Part shown: piece by piece, positions 53,106-63,900 of the stretch
Numbering within the stretch: the first letter of the stretch is position 1
Layout: every line of letters begins with the position of its first letter
Source: Planctomycetota bacterium
Lineage (GTDB): Bacteria > Planctomycetota > JAJSAM01 > JAJVHW01
Direction of reading: 5' to 3'
Length of the DNA stretch: 64,000 nucleotides
NCBI GenBank assembly: GCA_965248445.1
Contig: CBDFJG010000003.1
Span: forward strand, 448,001 to 512,000
Notes under the pieces: generated by a model
Database searches by the model: none
Told to the model about the DNA's origin: nothing
Seen by the model: only the letters and a program-made list of their open reading frames with translations
Program-made: the position numbers and the translations under genes

Positions 53106-54011
53106 ATGCGCAGTTCGATCGTCATGATTCTGCTGGCAGTGCTTCTCGTGGTGGGGGCGCCGCTGACTTCCACGGCCCAGGACGGGCGCGGACCCGGGGT
53201 GAATCCGCCCGCGCCTGATCTGACGGAGTACCGCATTCGCGTCGGCGACAGGGTCGACGTGGTCGTGGACAAGCACACCGAGTACTCGCGCTCGTTCCAG
53301 ATCCCGGCCGGTGGCGCCGTGGCGATGCCGCCGATCGGCCGGATCACGACGGTCGGCCGCACGGTCTTCGAGCTCGGCGATGACATCGCCCGGAGACTGG
53401 CGTCGGACAACGTCGTCGTGAACCCCATCGTCCACTGCATCGTGACGGAGTACTCGGAGCGAGTGGTCTACGTGATCGGTGCAGCGCGCGGAACGGTCTC
53501 GCTGCCCGTGCACGAGAACATCCGCGTTCTCGAGTTGCTGGCACTCACAGGCGCGCTGGACTCGACGGGGGCCGACTACTCGAAGGTCCGCGTGCTGCGA
53601 AAGGGCCAGAACGGCCGGCAGTACCCGATCCCCGTTTCGATCACGGACATCCTCGAGCGGAACGACGAGCGGCAGAACATCGTGATCCGCGAGGGCGACG
53701 TGATCGAGATCGCGACGCTCGAGAGCCAGTCGCCTGACTCGGCCGAGTGGGTCTACGTGTTGGGAAAGGTCAATTCTCAGGGCCGGTACCCGGTCATCCA
53801 GGGCCGGACCGGGTTCACTCTCACCAAGTTGATCGCGCTGGCCGGCGGTTTTACGCAGTTCGGTAAGCGTACGGAAGTCGTCATCATCCGACGTGGGGCG
53901 ACGGGCACGCGTCGCGACGTCGTGGACTTCGACGAGATCATCGAGGGCAACCGCCCGGACGTGCCGCTCCAGGCCGACGACCTGGTGTTCGTGCCGAAGT
54001 CGTTCTTCTGA
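53106..54011 (+). CDS. wza: Polysaccharide export protein with SLBB domains
   Basis: YRIRVGDRV, PPIGRI, VYVLGKV, LAGGFT, LQADDLVFVP. Confidence 0.88.
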   Translation: MRSSIVMILLAVLLVVGAPLTSTAQDGRGPGVNPPAPDLTEYRIRVGDRVDVVVDKHTEYSRSFQIPAGGAVAMPPIGRITTVGRTVFELGDDIARRLASDNVVVNPIVHCIVTEYSERVVYVIGAARGTVSLPVHENIRVLELLALTGALDSTGADYSKVRVLRKGQNGRQYPIPVSITDILERNDERQNIVIREGDVIEIATLESQSPDSAEWVYVLGKVNSQGRYPVIQGRTGFTLTKLIALAGGFTQFGKRTEVVIIRRGATGTRRDVVDFDEIIEGNRPDVPLQADDLVFVPKSFF

Positions 54012-54201
54012 TCCGAGCCGGGTCTCCGCGGACCGTGACGGTTCGAAAGACCGTCGCCCGCGGTCGCCCCTGCGTAACCTGGACCCCTGCATTTGGATTG
54101 CATCGTGTGGCCCTCGACAGGGCCGCGCCGCGGCTGTGCCGCCCGGTCTCGTTCGCCGTGGCGAGGTGCGAAACAGCCACGCCCGTCACGTGGAGCCCGT
54201 C

Positions 54202-56397
54202 ATGACCGATCAGACCCCATTCAACGAACGAGTCGGCGGCGCCGACTCGTCCGTGCCCGCGCGTCAGACGCACATCCGCGACTACGGTCTGATCCTCCTG
54301 AACCGGTGGCCGGTCATCGTCACGGCGCTGGTCATCGGCATCGCGCTGACCTGGTTCGTGACGCAGCGGCAGGTTCGCCTCTATCGCACGAGCGCGCTTC
54401 TCCGGCTGACCCCGCCGTCGCGCGGTGTCGTGCGCCAGTTCGGTCCGGCGCCCGGGAGCATCGTCACCGACCCGGTCGAACTGGTCACGCTGCTCGCACT
54501 CGTTCAGCTCCCCGACACGGTCGAGCGCGCGGTCAGGGACTTCGATCTCGAGAGCAAGCCGGACTTCGACGGGATGACGTTCGCTGAGATCGTACGTGCA
54601 GCCAACGGACGGATCACGGCAAAGCGTCGCCGTGGCCAGTACCTCGTGGACGTCTCCGCCACTGGTCCGAAGCCCGAGATCCTGGATGACCTCGCCAACG
54701 CGGTCGTGCACTACTTTGCGAACGAGCAGAGCGACAAGGCGGACATGGCGCGGAAGCAGCGGCGCGCGGACCTGAAGGAGCGGATTGCGAGCGTTCGGGG
54801 GAAGATCCAGATCGCCGAGATCGACATGCGCGGGCTCCTACGAGACTCCAGCCACACGGAGGCGAGCTTCGACGATCTCCGTACGCGGCTTCAGGGCGAA
54901 CGAACGACGCTGAGCCGGACGCTCAGCGACCTGGCGTTCAAGAGGCTGAACGACCAGGCGACCTACGTGACCCTGAAGGCCGCTGTCGACAGCGGCGCTT
55001 ACGATTCGGTCCGACTTCATCGGAGCGTCCGGCTGGACGGCGCGGTCGTCACTGTGAGTGCCCGCATCGAGAGGGCGACGGCGACGATGCACGACCTGAC
55101 AGTCGTCAAGCAGCTCGGGTCAGGACACCAGAGCGTGCAGAGGGTCACGGCCGAACTCAACCGCGCGCAGCAGGAACTGCGAGTCCTCGAGCGGGCGATC
55201 GTGCGCGACTTCGTTTCCGAGTACGACTCGAACCTCGCCAGACAGCGGCAGGTCGAGACACGCAAGACCGATGTCGAGACGGAGCTCACGGAGATGAGCA
55301 CCATCGGCAACGAGCTCGATGAGAACCGCTCCCTCATCGATCGCTATCGAGTCGAGGTGACCGAGCTGAGAGAGGACCTCGACGGACTCGGTCCGGAGAC
55401 CCTTCTCGTCGGCGGCACGGTGTTCGTCGTGCGCGAGGCGCGTGAGCCCGACCCCAACCGGCCGGTCAGTCCGAATGTGGCGCTGAACTACACGCTGGGC
55501 TCGATCCTCTCGCTACTCGTCGGGGTGACGATCGCGTTCCTCATCGAGTACCTCGACGACACGATCCGCACCAAGGACGAGCTCGCCAAGGTGACGGAGG
55601 TGCAGTTGCTCGGCGTGATCCCGTACATCAAGGGCTCCCGCTCGGACACCTCGAGCAAGGACCTCGTCGCGTACAAGTACCCGAAAGACACGGTCGCGGA
55701 GGCCTACCGCGGCGTCCGCACGTCGCTGACGCTCAGCGCGCGGGGCCGGGATCGCCGCGTGCTCCTGTTCACGAGTGCCGGTCCCCGTGAGGGCAAGACC
55801 ACGACGGTGATCAACGTCGCGACCGTGTTCTCGTACGCCGACGCGGACACACGGGTGCTCGTGATCGACGCTGACCTCCGCAAGCCGCGCGTGCACGCGT
55901 CGTTCGGCATCGAGGACGAGGACGGGCTCTCGAACGCGCTGATGCAGAAGGTGCCCGATCCGGTGCCGCTCTGCCAGGAGACCCAGGTCAAGAACGTCGA
56001 CGTCCTGACCAGCGGACCGATCCCGCCCAACCCATCGGAGCTACTCGGTTCGCAGAAAATGGCCGTCGTCCTCAAGCGTCTTCGCGACGTGTACGACTAC
56101 GTGCTCCTGGACACTCCGCCGATCGGTGCCGTCACGGACGCGGCCGTTCTCGGCACGCTGGTGGACGGCGTCATCTTGGTCGTCCACGCGGGCAAGACAC
56201 GGCGTGGCGTGGTGAGTCGCGGGTTGGAGCAGTTGCGCTACATCCACGCGCCGGTCGAGGGGGTCATCCTCAACAACCTGCGCACCGGCCGCCGCGGCTA
56301 CTACGCCGGCTACTACAACTACTACTACTACTATTCGTACTACGGGACCGGGAGCTCGCGCGAAGAGCGCACTGCGTCGAAGTCCGCGAAGGAGTAG
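54202..56397 (+). CDS. wzc: Polysaccharide co-polymerase/tyrosine autokinase
   Basis: Two TM helices, AEAYR..RT, Walker A GPREGKTT, IDADLR, DTPP, Tyr-rich tail. Confidence 0.95.
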   Translation: MTDQTPFNERVGGADSSVPARQTHIRDYGLILLNRWPVIVTALVIGIALTWFVTQRQVRLYRTSALLRLTPPSRGVVRQFGPAPGSIVTDPVELVTLLALVQLPDTVERAVRDFDLESKPDFDGMTFAEIVRAANGRITAKRRRGQYLVDVSATGPKPEILDDLANAVVHYFANEQSDKADMARKQRRADLKERIASVRGKIQIAEIDMRGLLRDSSHTEASFDDLRTRLQGERTTLSRTLSDLAFKRLNDQATYVTLKAAVDSGAYDSVRLHRSVRLDGAVVTVSARIERATATMHDLTVVKQLGSGHQSVQRVTAELNRAQQELRVLERAIVRDFVSEYDSNLARQRQVETRKTDVETELTEMSTIGNELDENRSLIDRYRVEVTELREDLDGLGPETLLVGGTVFVVREAREPDPNRPVSPNVALNYTLGSILSLLVGVTIAFLIEYLDDTIRTKDELAKVTEVQLLGVIPYIKGSRSDTSSKDLVAYKYPKDTVAEAYRGVRTSLTLSARGRDRRVLLFTSAGPREGKTTTVINVATVFSYADADTRVLVIDADLRKPRVHASFGIEDEDGLSNALMQKVPDPVPLCQETQVKNVDVLTSGPIPPNPSELLGSQKMAVVLKRLRDVYDYVLLDTPPIGAVTDAAVLGTLVDGVILVVHAGKTRRGVVSRGLEQLRYIHAPVEGVILNNLRTGRRGYYAGYYNYYYYYSYYGTGSSREERTASKSAKE

Positions 56398-56406
56398 TTC
56401 CGAATC

Positions 56407-57150
56407 ATGCGGCGTGCCTGGCTGCTCGTCGTCGCGGCGGCGGCCCTGGCGCTCGCGTTCGAGGGCGCACGGATCGCCTGGAGCGACGCCAAGTATCGGG
56501 GTGTGCTCGATGCCGGGGACACACCGGTGCGCGACGTGCCCGGCCGCCTCGAGGCGTTCGAGGAGGCGACGCGCAGACGTCCGGGTGAGTTCACGTACAG
56601 CCTGCGCTCGGGCCAGCTGCGGCTGGTGCGCCACGTCGCGGGAGACGGTGCCGCCCACGAGCTGGCCGACGCGACCGCGCACCTGCAGCATGCCGTCGAG
56701 GTGCACCCGCTCGACCCCAGGGGGCGGATCGCGCTGGCCCGGGCGCTCGGTCTCGCGGACGACTCCGCGGGGATGGTGCGCGAGGTGGCGCGCGCTGTGC
56801 TTCTCGGCCCACGGCACGGGAACGTGCTGCGTGAGGCCACGGCCCTCCTGACGACGGAGTGGCGTCGGACCGGCCTTCCCGACCTGCTTGCGTGGGCGCT
56901 CGAGATTGAGGCGGAGCGCGCCGCCTGGTCGGCTCAGGGGCCCTCGCGCACAGCAGGCGGCATCCTGGCCGCCCGCGGCGACCAGGCCCAGGGGGACGTC
57001 GTCTGGGCGGCCAACGGCCGGGCGCCGCTGCTTCGGGCGGGGGCCGCGCTACTCGCCCGGCACGACCGCGTTGCGAGTGACAGCCTCTCGAGGCTCGCGG
57101 ATGAGATCGATTCCGGTGCCGGTGGACCCGACGGCGAGGGCAACGAGTGA
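56407..57150 (+). CDS. TPR-like membrane-anchored protein
   Basis: N-terminal TM, AVEVHPLD and AVLLGP helical repeats, operon context. Confidence 0.6.
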   Translation: MRRAWLLVVAAAALALAFEGARIAWSDAKYRGVLDAGDTPVRDVPGRLEAFEEATRRRPGEFTYSLRSGQLRLVRHVAGDGAAHELADATAHLQHAVEVHPLDPRGRIALARALGLADDSAGMVREVARAVLLGPRHGNVLREATALLTTEWRRTGLPDLLAWALEIEAERAAWSAQGPSRTAGGILAARGDQAQGDVVWAANGRAPLLRAGAALLARHDRVASDSLSRLADEIDSGAGGPDGEGNE

Positions 57151-58544
57151 CACGGCACGTCCTCGCCGGCGTGGTTCTGACGGTCGCCCTGCTGGCGCCG
57201 TGGCCGTTCGGATCCGTCGAGCCCTACTTCTTCGGTGCGGCTTCGGCGCTGGTGCTCGGCGCGGGTGCCGTCTGGTCAGCGCTGACGGCCCGCAGCCCGG
57301 TGGATGCACCGGCCGGCATGCGCGGCTTCGCGGCGGCGGTTCTGGCAGTCCCCGCCGTGGCGTTGCTTTCCATGGTGCCGTTGCCACGCGCGCTCGTCGC
57401 CCTCCTCTCTCCGCAGACCGTCGCCACGATGGAGAGTGCGGCGCCGCCGGCGGCCGGCTCGTGGTTGCCGCTGTCTCTGCACGCGCACGCCACGTTGGAT
57501 GCCGCGGTCGTGGCCGCTGCGGTGGCCGTCACGGCTCTGCTCATCGCATGGATCGCCTCGTCCGGGGCCGCGCGGCGAATTGCGTGGGCGTTCGTGTGGG
57601 GCGGCGTCCTGCTCGCGTTGTTCGGCCTCGTGCAGCGCCTCACGCAGTCGGACGGACAGGTGATGTTCTGGAGCATTGAGCTGAACGAGCGCGGCACGCC
57701 GTTCGGTCCGTATGTGAATCGCAATCACTTCGGCGGCGCGATGCTGCTGTTCTCGGGCGTGGCGGCCGGACTCGCACGGGACTCGCATCTACGCGCCCAG
57801 CACCGGGAGAGGGGGGCGGCGTTCGCCGTACTTGCACTGTTCGTCGTCGCGCTGCTCGCCACGACGTCGCGCGGCGCGATCCTCGGACTCGGAGTGCTGA
57901 CCGTCTTCGTCCTGCTGTTCTTGATCCCCCGAGCCGCGCGCCGCCGGGCGATCCTCGCGCTCGCGGCGCTCGTCGTACTGGCGGCGGGCGCGCTACTGGC
58001 GCTCGGACTGCTCGGAGACATCGCGGCCCGTGCGGAGCTACAGCCGCGTTGGCTGAACCGCTTCCTCGTTCAGAAGGACGCGCTGGCGGTGTTCACGCAG
58101 TTCCCCTTGTTTGGTACCGGTGCGGGCACGTTCCCGACCGTGTTTCACGTCTTCCAGACGGTGCCCGACGACAGGCACTTCAACGACGCGCACTCGGACT
58201 GGGCGCAGTTCCTCATGGAGACCGGGGTGATCGGAGCGGCCGTGGGGCTGTGGCTCGCGATGCTGCTCATTCGCCGCCTCCGGCGGGCGGCGCCTGGCCC
58301 CGGGCGCGCACTGGCCCTCGGCGCCGGCGGGGGACTCGCGGCGCTCGCAGTCCACGGGTTCCTCGAGACCAACCTCCACATCCCCGCGAACGCCCTCCTG
58401 GCTGCGGTGGCCGCCGGGATAGCATGGGGATCATCTGTGCCGGCGGCCCTGGCCGCCGCGCCGGAGGGAGCCGCCGTCTCAAGTCTTCCAGGCTCCCGTG
58501 ACGACGATCAAAACGTCGCTCCAGTCCCGACTGGAGGGGACTGA
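57147..58544 (+). CDS. O-antigen ligase/Wzy-family membrane protein
   Basis: GPYVNRNHF, TTSRGA, PLFGTGAGTF, AHSDW. Confidence 0.9.
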   Translation: MTRHVLAGVVLTVALLAPWPFGSVEPYFFGAASALVLGAGAVWSALTARSPVDAPAGMRGFAAAVLAVPAVALLSMVPLPRALVALLSPQTVATMESAAPPAAGSWLPLSLHAHATLDAAVVAAAVAVTALLIAWIASSGAARRIAWAFVWGGVLLALFGLVQRLTQSDGQVMFWSIELNERGTPFGPYVNRNHFGGAMLLFSGVAAGLARDSHLRAQHRERGAAFAVLALFVVALLATTSRGAILGLGVLTVFVLLFLIPRAARRRAILALAALVVLAAGALLALGLLGDIAARAELQPRWLNRFLVQKDALAVFTQFPLFGTGAGTFPTVFHVFQTVPDDRHFNDAHSDWAQFLMETGVIGAAVGLWLAMLLIRRLRRAAPGPGRALALGAGGGLAALAVHGFLETNLHIPANALLAAVAAGIAWGSSVPAALAAAPEGAAVSSLPGSRDDDQNVAPVPTGGD

Positions 58545-58610
58545 CACCCGCGGCCCGTCAGGGCCCTTCCACAGGCTGCCCGGCCGGCTCCGGGCGGAGG
58601 CTACGCCCAG

Positions 58611-59948
58611 ATGAGCACAGGACTGAACGACACGACCGCGGGGCTGCGGGACAGGATCGAGAAGCGCGAGGCCCGACTGGGCATCCTCGGACTCGGGTAC
58701 GTCGGGCTGCCGCTCGCGCTGGAGTTCGCCAAGGCCGGCTTCACCGTGCTCGGGTTCGACATCTCCGAGGAGAAGGTGGATCTCGTCAACAAGGGATCCA
58801 GCTACATCGGCGACGTCACCACCGACGAACTCGCGGAGCAGGTGAACGCCGGTCGCATCGCGGCGACGACGGACTTCGACCGGCTCGCAGACATGGATTG
58901 CATCTCAATCTGCGTCCCGACGCCGCTGTCGAAGACGAAGGACCCGGACATGACGTACGTCGAGGCGGCAACGAACGCCATCGCCGAGCGCATGCACCCG
59001 GACATACTGGTGATCCTCGAGAGCACCACGTATCCGGGGACGACTGAGGAGTTGATCCTGCCGCTGCTCGCCGGCTCCGAACGCAAGGTCGGCGAGGACT
59101 TCTTCCTCGCGTTCTCGCCCGAGCGCGTCGATCCGGGCAACCCGGTCTATCAGGTGAAGAACACGCCGAAGGTGGTCGGCGGCACGACGCCCGCGTGCAC
59201 CGAACTGGCGTCCTTGCTCTACGCGCAGGCGATCGACCACGTGCACCCTGTCACGTCGACCGGCGCTGCCGAGATGGTCAAGCTCCTCGAGAACACGTAC
59301 CGCAGCGTCAACATCGGTCTTGTCAACGAGATTGCCATCATGGCCGAGAAGTTGAAGCTGGACGTCTGGGAGGTCATCGAGGCGGCCGCGACGAAGCCGT
59401 TCGGCTTCATGCCCTTCTATCCCGGTCCCGGACTCGGGGGACACTGCATCCCGATCGATCCTCTGTATCTCTCCTGGAAGCTCCGCACGCTGAACTACAA
59501 GGCGCGCTTCATCGAGCTCGCTTCCGAGATCAACACGGCGATGCCGGACGTCGTGGTCGACCGCGTGGCACACGCGCTGAACCAACGGAAGAAGGCTGTC
59601 AACGGCTCCCGCATCCTGATGGTGGGCATCGCCTACAAGAAGGACATCGACGACGTGCGAGAGTCGCCGGCCCTCGACGTGCTGCGCCTCCTGCAGAGCC
59701 TCGGCGCCAACGTGCGATACCACGACCCGTTCGTGCCGGAGCTCTCGCGCCACGGTGTCCCCGCGAACGGCAACAACCAGAGTGTCCCGCTCACGGACGA
59801 GGAGATCCGCGCCGCCGACTGCGTCGTGATCACCACGGCCCACAGCGACATCGACTTCGAGCGCGTCGTCGAGCACGCGTGCCTCGTGTTCGACACCCGC
59901 AATGCGACCGGCTCGCTCGGCAAGCGGGCGAACGTCGTGAAGCTCTGA
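58611..59948 (+). CDS. Nucleotide-sugar dehydrogenase (WbpA-like UDP-GlcNAc 6-dehydrogenase)
   Basis: GLGYVGLP, ESTTYPGTT, FSPERVDPGN, GGHCIPIDP. Confidence 0.93.
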   Translation: MSTGLNDTTAGLRDRIEKREARLGILGLGYVGLPLALEFAKAGFTVLGFDISEEKVDLVNKGSSYIGDVTTDELAEQVNAGRIAATTDFDRLADMDCISICVPTPLSKTKDPDMTYVEAATNAIAERMHPDILVILESTTYPGTTEELILPLLAGSERKVGEDFFLAFSPERVDPGNPVYQVKNTPKVVGGTTPACTELASLLYAQAIDHVHPVTSTGAAEMVKLLENTYRSVNIGLVNEIAIMAEKLKLDVWEVIEAAATKPFGFMPFYPGPGLGGHCIPIDPLYLSWKLRTLNYKARFIELASEINTAMPDVVVDRVAHALNQRKKAVNGSRILMVGIAYKKDIDDVRESPALDVLRLLQSLGANVRYHDPFVPELSRHGVPANGNNQSVPLTDEEIRAADCVVITTAHSDIDFERVVEHACLVFDTRNATGSLGKRANVVKL

Positions 59949-60000
59949 CCCCGCGCGAACCGGCGCTGTAGAAGAGGGGGCGGGCAGCGAGCCCCGCCCT

Positions 60001-61167
60001 ATGCAGGTCCTCCACATCGCCGGCGCCCGTCCGAACTTCATGAAAGTCGCGCCCCTGGTGCGCGCCTTCCGTGCCCGCGGTGTGGAAGCGGACGTCTGTC
60101 ACACCGGACAGCACTACGACGAGCGCATGAGCCGGCTGTTCTTCGATGAGCTCGGACTCCCCGAGCCGTTCGTGAACCTCGGTGTCGGCTCGGGCTCGCA
60201 CGCCCAGCAGACGGCGGACGTGATGAAGCGTTTCGAGCCGGTCGTCCTGGAGCGACGGCCGGACCTGATCGTCGTGGTAGGAGACGTGAACAGCACGCTG
60301 GCCTGCGCGATCGTGGGCACGAAGCTGCGGGTGCCGGTGGCGCACGTGGAAGCCGGCCTGCGCTCGCACGACCGCGACATGCCGGAGGAGCTGAACCGCC
60401 GCGTAGCCGATGCGGTCTCCGACCTGCTGTACTGCTCGGAACCGGCGGGCGTGGCGAACCTCGAGGCCGAGGGAGCGCACCCGGATCGGGTAAGGCTCGT
60501 CGGAAACGTCATGATCGACACGCTCGTCGCGCACCGGGAGCGGGCACGGGAGACCGGTGCCCGGGAGCAACTCGCACCGGCCGACGAGTACGCGGTCGTT
60601 ACGCTGCATCGCCCATCCAACGTCGACGACCCGGCCGTGGCGGACGGACTCGTCGGCGCGCTGGAACGCGTTGCAGCGATGGTCCCCGTGGTGTTTCCTC
60701 TCCACCCGCGGACCGCGGCTGCACTGCGCGCTCACGGACTGTTGACGCGACTTGAGGGTCGCGACGACATCGTGACGACACCGCCACTCGGCTACCTCCA
60801 GTTCCTCGACCTGCTGAGCGGCGCGCGTCTCGTGTTGACGGACTCGGGCGGCATCCAGGAAGAGACGACGGTGCTGGCAATCCCGTGCCTAACGCTTCGG
60901 CGGAACACGGAGCGGCCTGTTACGGTGACGCACGGCACGAACCGAGTGGTGGGTACAGACCCGGACACGATCGTGGAGGCCGCCCGGGCGGCGCTCGCCG
61001 CCGACACGTCTGGTACGAGTGCGGGCGGTAGAGCGAGTGCGGGCAGCGGTCCGGAGTTGTGGGACGGATGCGCAGCGGAGCGCATCGTGGATGACGTGGC
61101 GGGCGGTGGTTTGGAACGCGTTGCGGCGCTGCGGCGGCGTGGCAGCGAGCAGATTTCGGAAGGGTGA
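60001..61167 (+). CDS. wecB: UDP-N-acetylglucosamine 2-epimerase
   Basis: GARPNFMK, HTGQH, HVEAGLRS, TDSGGIQEE. Confidence 0.95.
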   Translation: MQVLHIAGARPNFMKVAPLVRAFRARGVEADVCHTGQHYDERMSRLFFDELGLPEPFVNLGVGSGSHAQQTADVMKRFEPVVLERRPDLIVVVGDVNSTLACAIVGTKLRVPVAHVEAGLRSHDRDMPEELNRRVADAVSDLLYCSEPAGVANLEAEGAHPDRVRLVGNVMIDTLVAHRERARETGAREQLAPADEYAVVTLHRPSNVDDPAVADGLVGALERVAAMVPVVFPLHPRTAAALRAHGLLTRLEGRDDIVTTPPLGYLQFLDLLSGARLVLTDSGGIQEETTVLAIPCLTLRRNTERPVTVTHGTNRVVGTDPDTIVEAARAALAADTSGTSAGGRASAGSGPELWDGCAAERIVDDVAGGGLERVAALRRRGSEQISEG

Positions 61168-61170
61168 TCG

Positions 61171-62118
61171 ATGGCCTCCAAGTATCTCGTGACCGGTGGG
61201 GCGGGGTTCGTGGGCTCGCACATCGTTGCGCGCCTCATCGCGGACGGACACACCGTGACGGTCCTGGACGACTTCAGCACAGGTGACGAGAAGAACCTGG
61301 CGTCCATCGACAGCACGAATCTGACCGTGGTCAAGGGAACCGTGACCGACACAAAAACGGTCTCGGACGTCGTGAAGGGGCAGCACTACGTCCTTCACCA
61401 GGCCGCGCTCCCGTCCGTCTCGCGCAGCGTCGAGGACCCGCTCGCCACGCACCACGTGAACGTCAACGGCACGCTCAACATCCTCGAGGCGGCGCGGGCG
61501 CACAAACGCACGGTCAAACGCGTCGTGTACGCCTCTTCGTCGTCGGTCTACGGCGACACGCCCACGCTGCCCAAGGCGGAGTCGATGGCGACGCAGCCGA
61601 TGTCGCCGTATGCCGTGTCCAAGCTGGCGGCCGAGCAGTATTGCCGGGCCTACTATCTCAACTACGGCCTCGAGGCAGTCGCTCTCCGCTACTTCAACGT
61701 GTTCGGCCCGCGGCAGGAGCCGGACTCGGCGTACGCGGCCGTCATCCCGAAGTTCGTCTCGGCCCTCCTCGGGCGCAGCAAGCCGGTGATCTTCGGCGAC
61801 GGCAAGCAGACTCGTGACTTCACGTACGTCGACAACGTCGTGGACGCGAACCTGTCCGCATGTCAGGCCGCAAAGGCCCCCGGACAGGTGTTCAACATCG
61901 CGTGCGGATCGCGGGTGGCAATCCACGGTCTGCTGAACATGATCGCGGAGATCCTCGAGAAAAAGCGTGAGCCGTCGATGAAGAAGGCGCGCTCCGGCGA
62001 TGTCCGTCACTCGCTGGCGGACATCTCGAAGGCGGAGGAGCACCTGAGCTACCGAGTGCGCGTCAATCTGCGCGAGGGTCTCGAGAGGACCGTGCGCTGG
62101 TACTCGGAGCGCGGCTGA
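61171..62118 (+). CDS. NAD-dependent epimerase/dehydratase (WbpP-like)
   Basis: TGGAGFVG, YAVSK, LRYFNVFGPRQ. Confidence 0.93.
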   Translation: MASKYLVTGGAGFVGSHIVARLIADGHTVTVLDDFSTGDEKNLASIDSTNLTVVKGTVTDTKTVSDVVKGQHYVLHQAALPSVSRSVEDPLATHHVNVNGTLNILEAARAHKRTVKRVVYASSSSVYGDTPTLPKAESMATQPMSPYAVSKLAAEQYCRAYYLNYGLEAVALRYFNVFGPRQEPDSAYAAVIPKFVSALLGRSKPVIFGDGKQTRDFTYVDNVVDANLSACQAAKAPGQVFNIACGSRVAIHGLLNMIAEILEKKREPSMKKARSGDVRHSLADISKAEEHLSYRVRVNLREGLERTVRWYSERG

Positions 62119-62275
62119 GCCCCGAGCCGGGATACTGGAATCCCGGGACACCCGCCGCCGGGGATCGCCCCGCGATTCGAGCCTGAGGCTGAGAGCGGCG
62201 CGGTAGCCTGCGCAGAATCGAGGCTTCCCCCTTCACTCTTGCGCGCTCGGGGGAGCCGCTGTCAGGGGGTGTCCG

Positions 62276-63040
62276 ATGGGTCTCAAGGGTGTCGTTCTGG
62301 CCGGCGGAACCGGATCCCGGCTCCGCCCGCTGACGCACGTCACGAACAAGCACCTGCTACCGGTGTTCGACCGGCCGATGGTGTATCACCCCATCCAGAT
62401 GCTCGTCGACGCCGGCATCCGCGACGTGATGGTCGTGACCGGCGGCGAGTCGGCGGGGGACTTCCTCAAGCTCCTCGGTAACGGTGAGGCATTCGGTCTG
62501 TCGCAGATGCAGTACGGCTACCAGAAGGGCGCTGGCGGCATCGCCGAAGCTCTCGGCCTGACGCGGCAGTTCGCCGGCGACGACGGCGTGGTGGTCGTCC
62601 TCGGCGACAACATCCTCGAGCACCCGATCACCGGAGCGGTCCAAAACTTCCGCGAGCAGGGAGGCGGCGCCCGCGTCCTTCTGAAGGCCGTGCCGGACCC
62701 CGAGCGGTTCGGCGTCGCGGAACTGAGCGGCGATCGCATCGCGCGCATCGTCGAGAAGCCGCCGGAGCCCGTCTCGGATCTCGCAGTCATCGGCGTGTAC
62801 ATGTACGACGCCAACGTGTTCGAAATCGTGGATGGTCTCGCGCCGTCAGCTCGCGGCGAGCTCGAAATCACCGACGTGAACAACGCCTACCTCGATCGCG
62901 GTGAGTTGCAACACGAGGTCATCGACGGTTGGTGGACCGACGCGGGCACGTTCGAGTCTCTATTCGCAGCGAACTGCCTCGTCCACGACCAGCGGAGGGG
63001 CGGGCATGGGCAGCGGAGCAGCGGGGACGCCGGCGCGTGA
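62276..63040 (+). CDS. rmlA: Glucose-1-phosphate thymidylyltransferase (RmlA/SpsI-like)
   Basis: LAGGTGSRL, LGDNI, EKP, SARGELEITD. Confidence 0.88.
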   Translation: MGLKGVVLAGGTGSRLRPLTHVTNKHLLPVFDRPMVYHPIQMLVDAGIRDVMVVTGGESAGDFLKLLGNGEAFGLSQMQYGYQKGAGGIAEALGLTRQFAGDDGVVVVLGDNILEHPITGAVQNFREQGGGARVLLKAVPDPERFGVAELSGDRIARIVEKPPEPVSDLAVIGVYMYDANVFEIVDGLAPSARGELEITDVNNAYLDRGELQHEVIDGWWTDAGTFESLFAANCLVHDQRRGGHGQRSSGDAGA

Positions 63041-63900
63041 GGACCCTCCTGACCGGGGGACGCGGCCTCGTCGGCAGGCCCCTGACGGCCCGCCTGAGCG
63101 AGTCGCACGACGTCGTCGCGACGGACCTGCCGGAACTTGACGTCACGGACGCGGCAGGGGTCCGCAGTGCCGTACGCGACGCCCGCCCGGACCACGTCGT
63201 CCACCTCGGAGCCTGGACCGACGTGGACGGCTGTGAGCGCGAGCCCGCCCGGGCCCACGCGGTGCACGCCGAGGGGACCGCGAACGTCGCTCGCGCTGCT
63301 GCCGGCGCAGGCGCTGCGCTGCTGTACGTCTCGACCGACTACGTCTACGACGGCCGCAAGGCCGGCGCGTACGTTGAGGACGATCCGGTCGCTCCGCTGT
63401 CGGCGTACGGAGCCAGCAAGCTGGAGGGCGAGACGGCCGTACACCGCCACGCCGGCGAGTGGCGAATTGCCCGCTGTCAGAGCATCTACGGGCGCGGCAA
63501 GAAGTCGTTCGTCGATGCGGTAATCGCACGCGCGAGTGCCGGGGAGCCATTGCGGGTCGTCACGGATCAACGGGTCTGCCCGAGCTATGCGGACGATGTT
63601 GCGGAAGCGCTCGCGGCGATTGTGGAACGGGCGGCGCCGGGTCTTTACCTGGTCGCCAACTCGGGATCGTGCACGTGGTGGGAGTTCGCGCGTGCGGTCC
63701 TCGACCTCGCCGGGTTCGAGAGCACCGCGATCGCCGAGACCACGGCAGCCGCGTTCGGACGGCCGGCCGCACGACCGGCCAACTCGGAGTTCGACTGCAA
63801 CCGGCTCGTTTCCGCGACGGGGCACACTCCGCGGCACTGGCACGATGCGCTGGCCGCGTACCTCGGCCGGGTGCCGGCAGCGGGCGAGGGATCGGCATGA
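63037..63900 (+). CDS. rmlD: dTDP-4-dehydrorhamnose reductase
   Basis: AWTDVDGCE, STDYVYDG, YGASKLEGE, AARP.NS. Confidence 0.93.
   Translation: MRTLLTGGRGLVGRPLTARLSESHDVVATDLPELDVTDAAGVRSAVRDARPDHVVHLGAWTDVDGCEREPARAHAVHAEGTANVARAAAGAGAALLYVSTDYVYDGRKAGAYVEDDPVAPLSAYGASKLEGETAVHRHAGEWRIARCQSIYGRGKKSFVDAVIARASAGEPLRVVTDQRVCPSYADDVAEALAAIVERAAPGLYLVANSGSCTWWEFARAVLDLAGFESTAIAETTAAAFGRPAARPANSEFDCNRLVSATGHTPRHWHDALAAYLGRVPAAGEGSA

Noticed and set aside
56298..56343. TAC trinucleotide repeat
   Set aside because: Encodes the normal Wzc tyrosine cluster.
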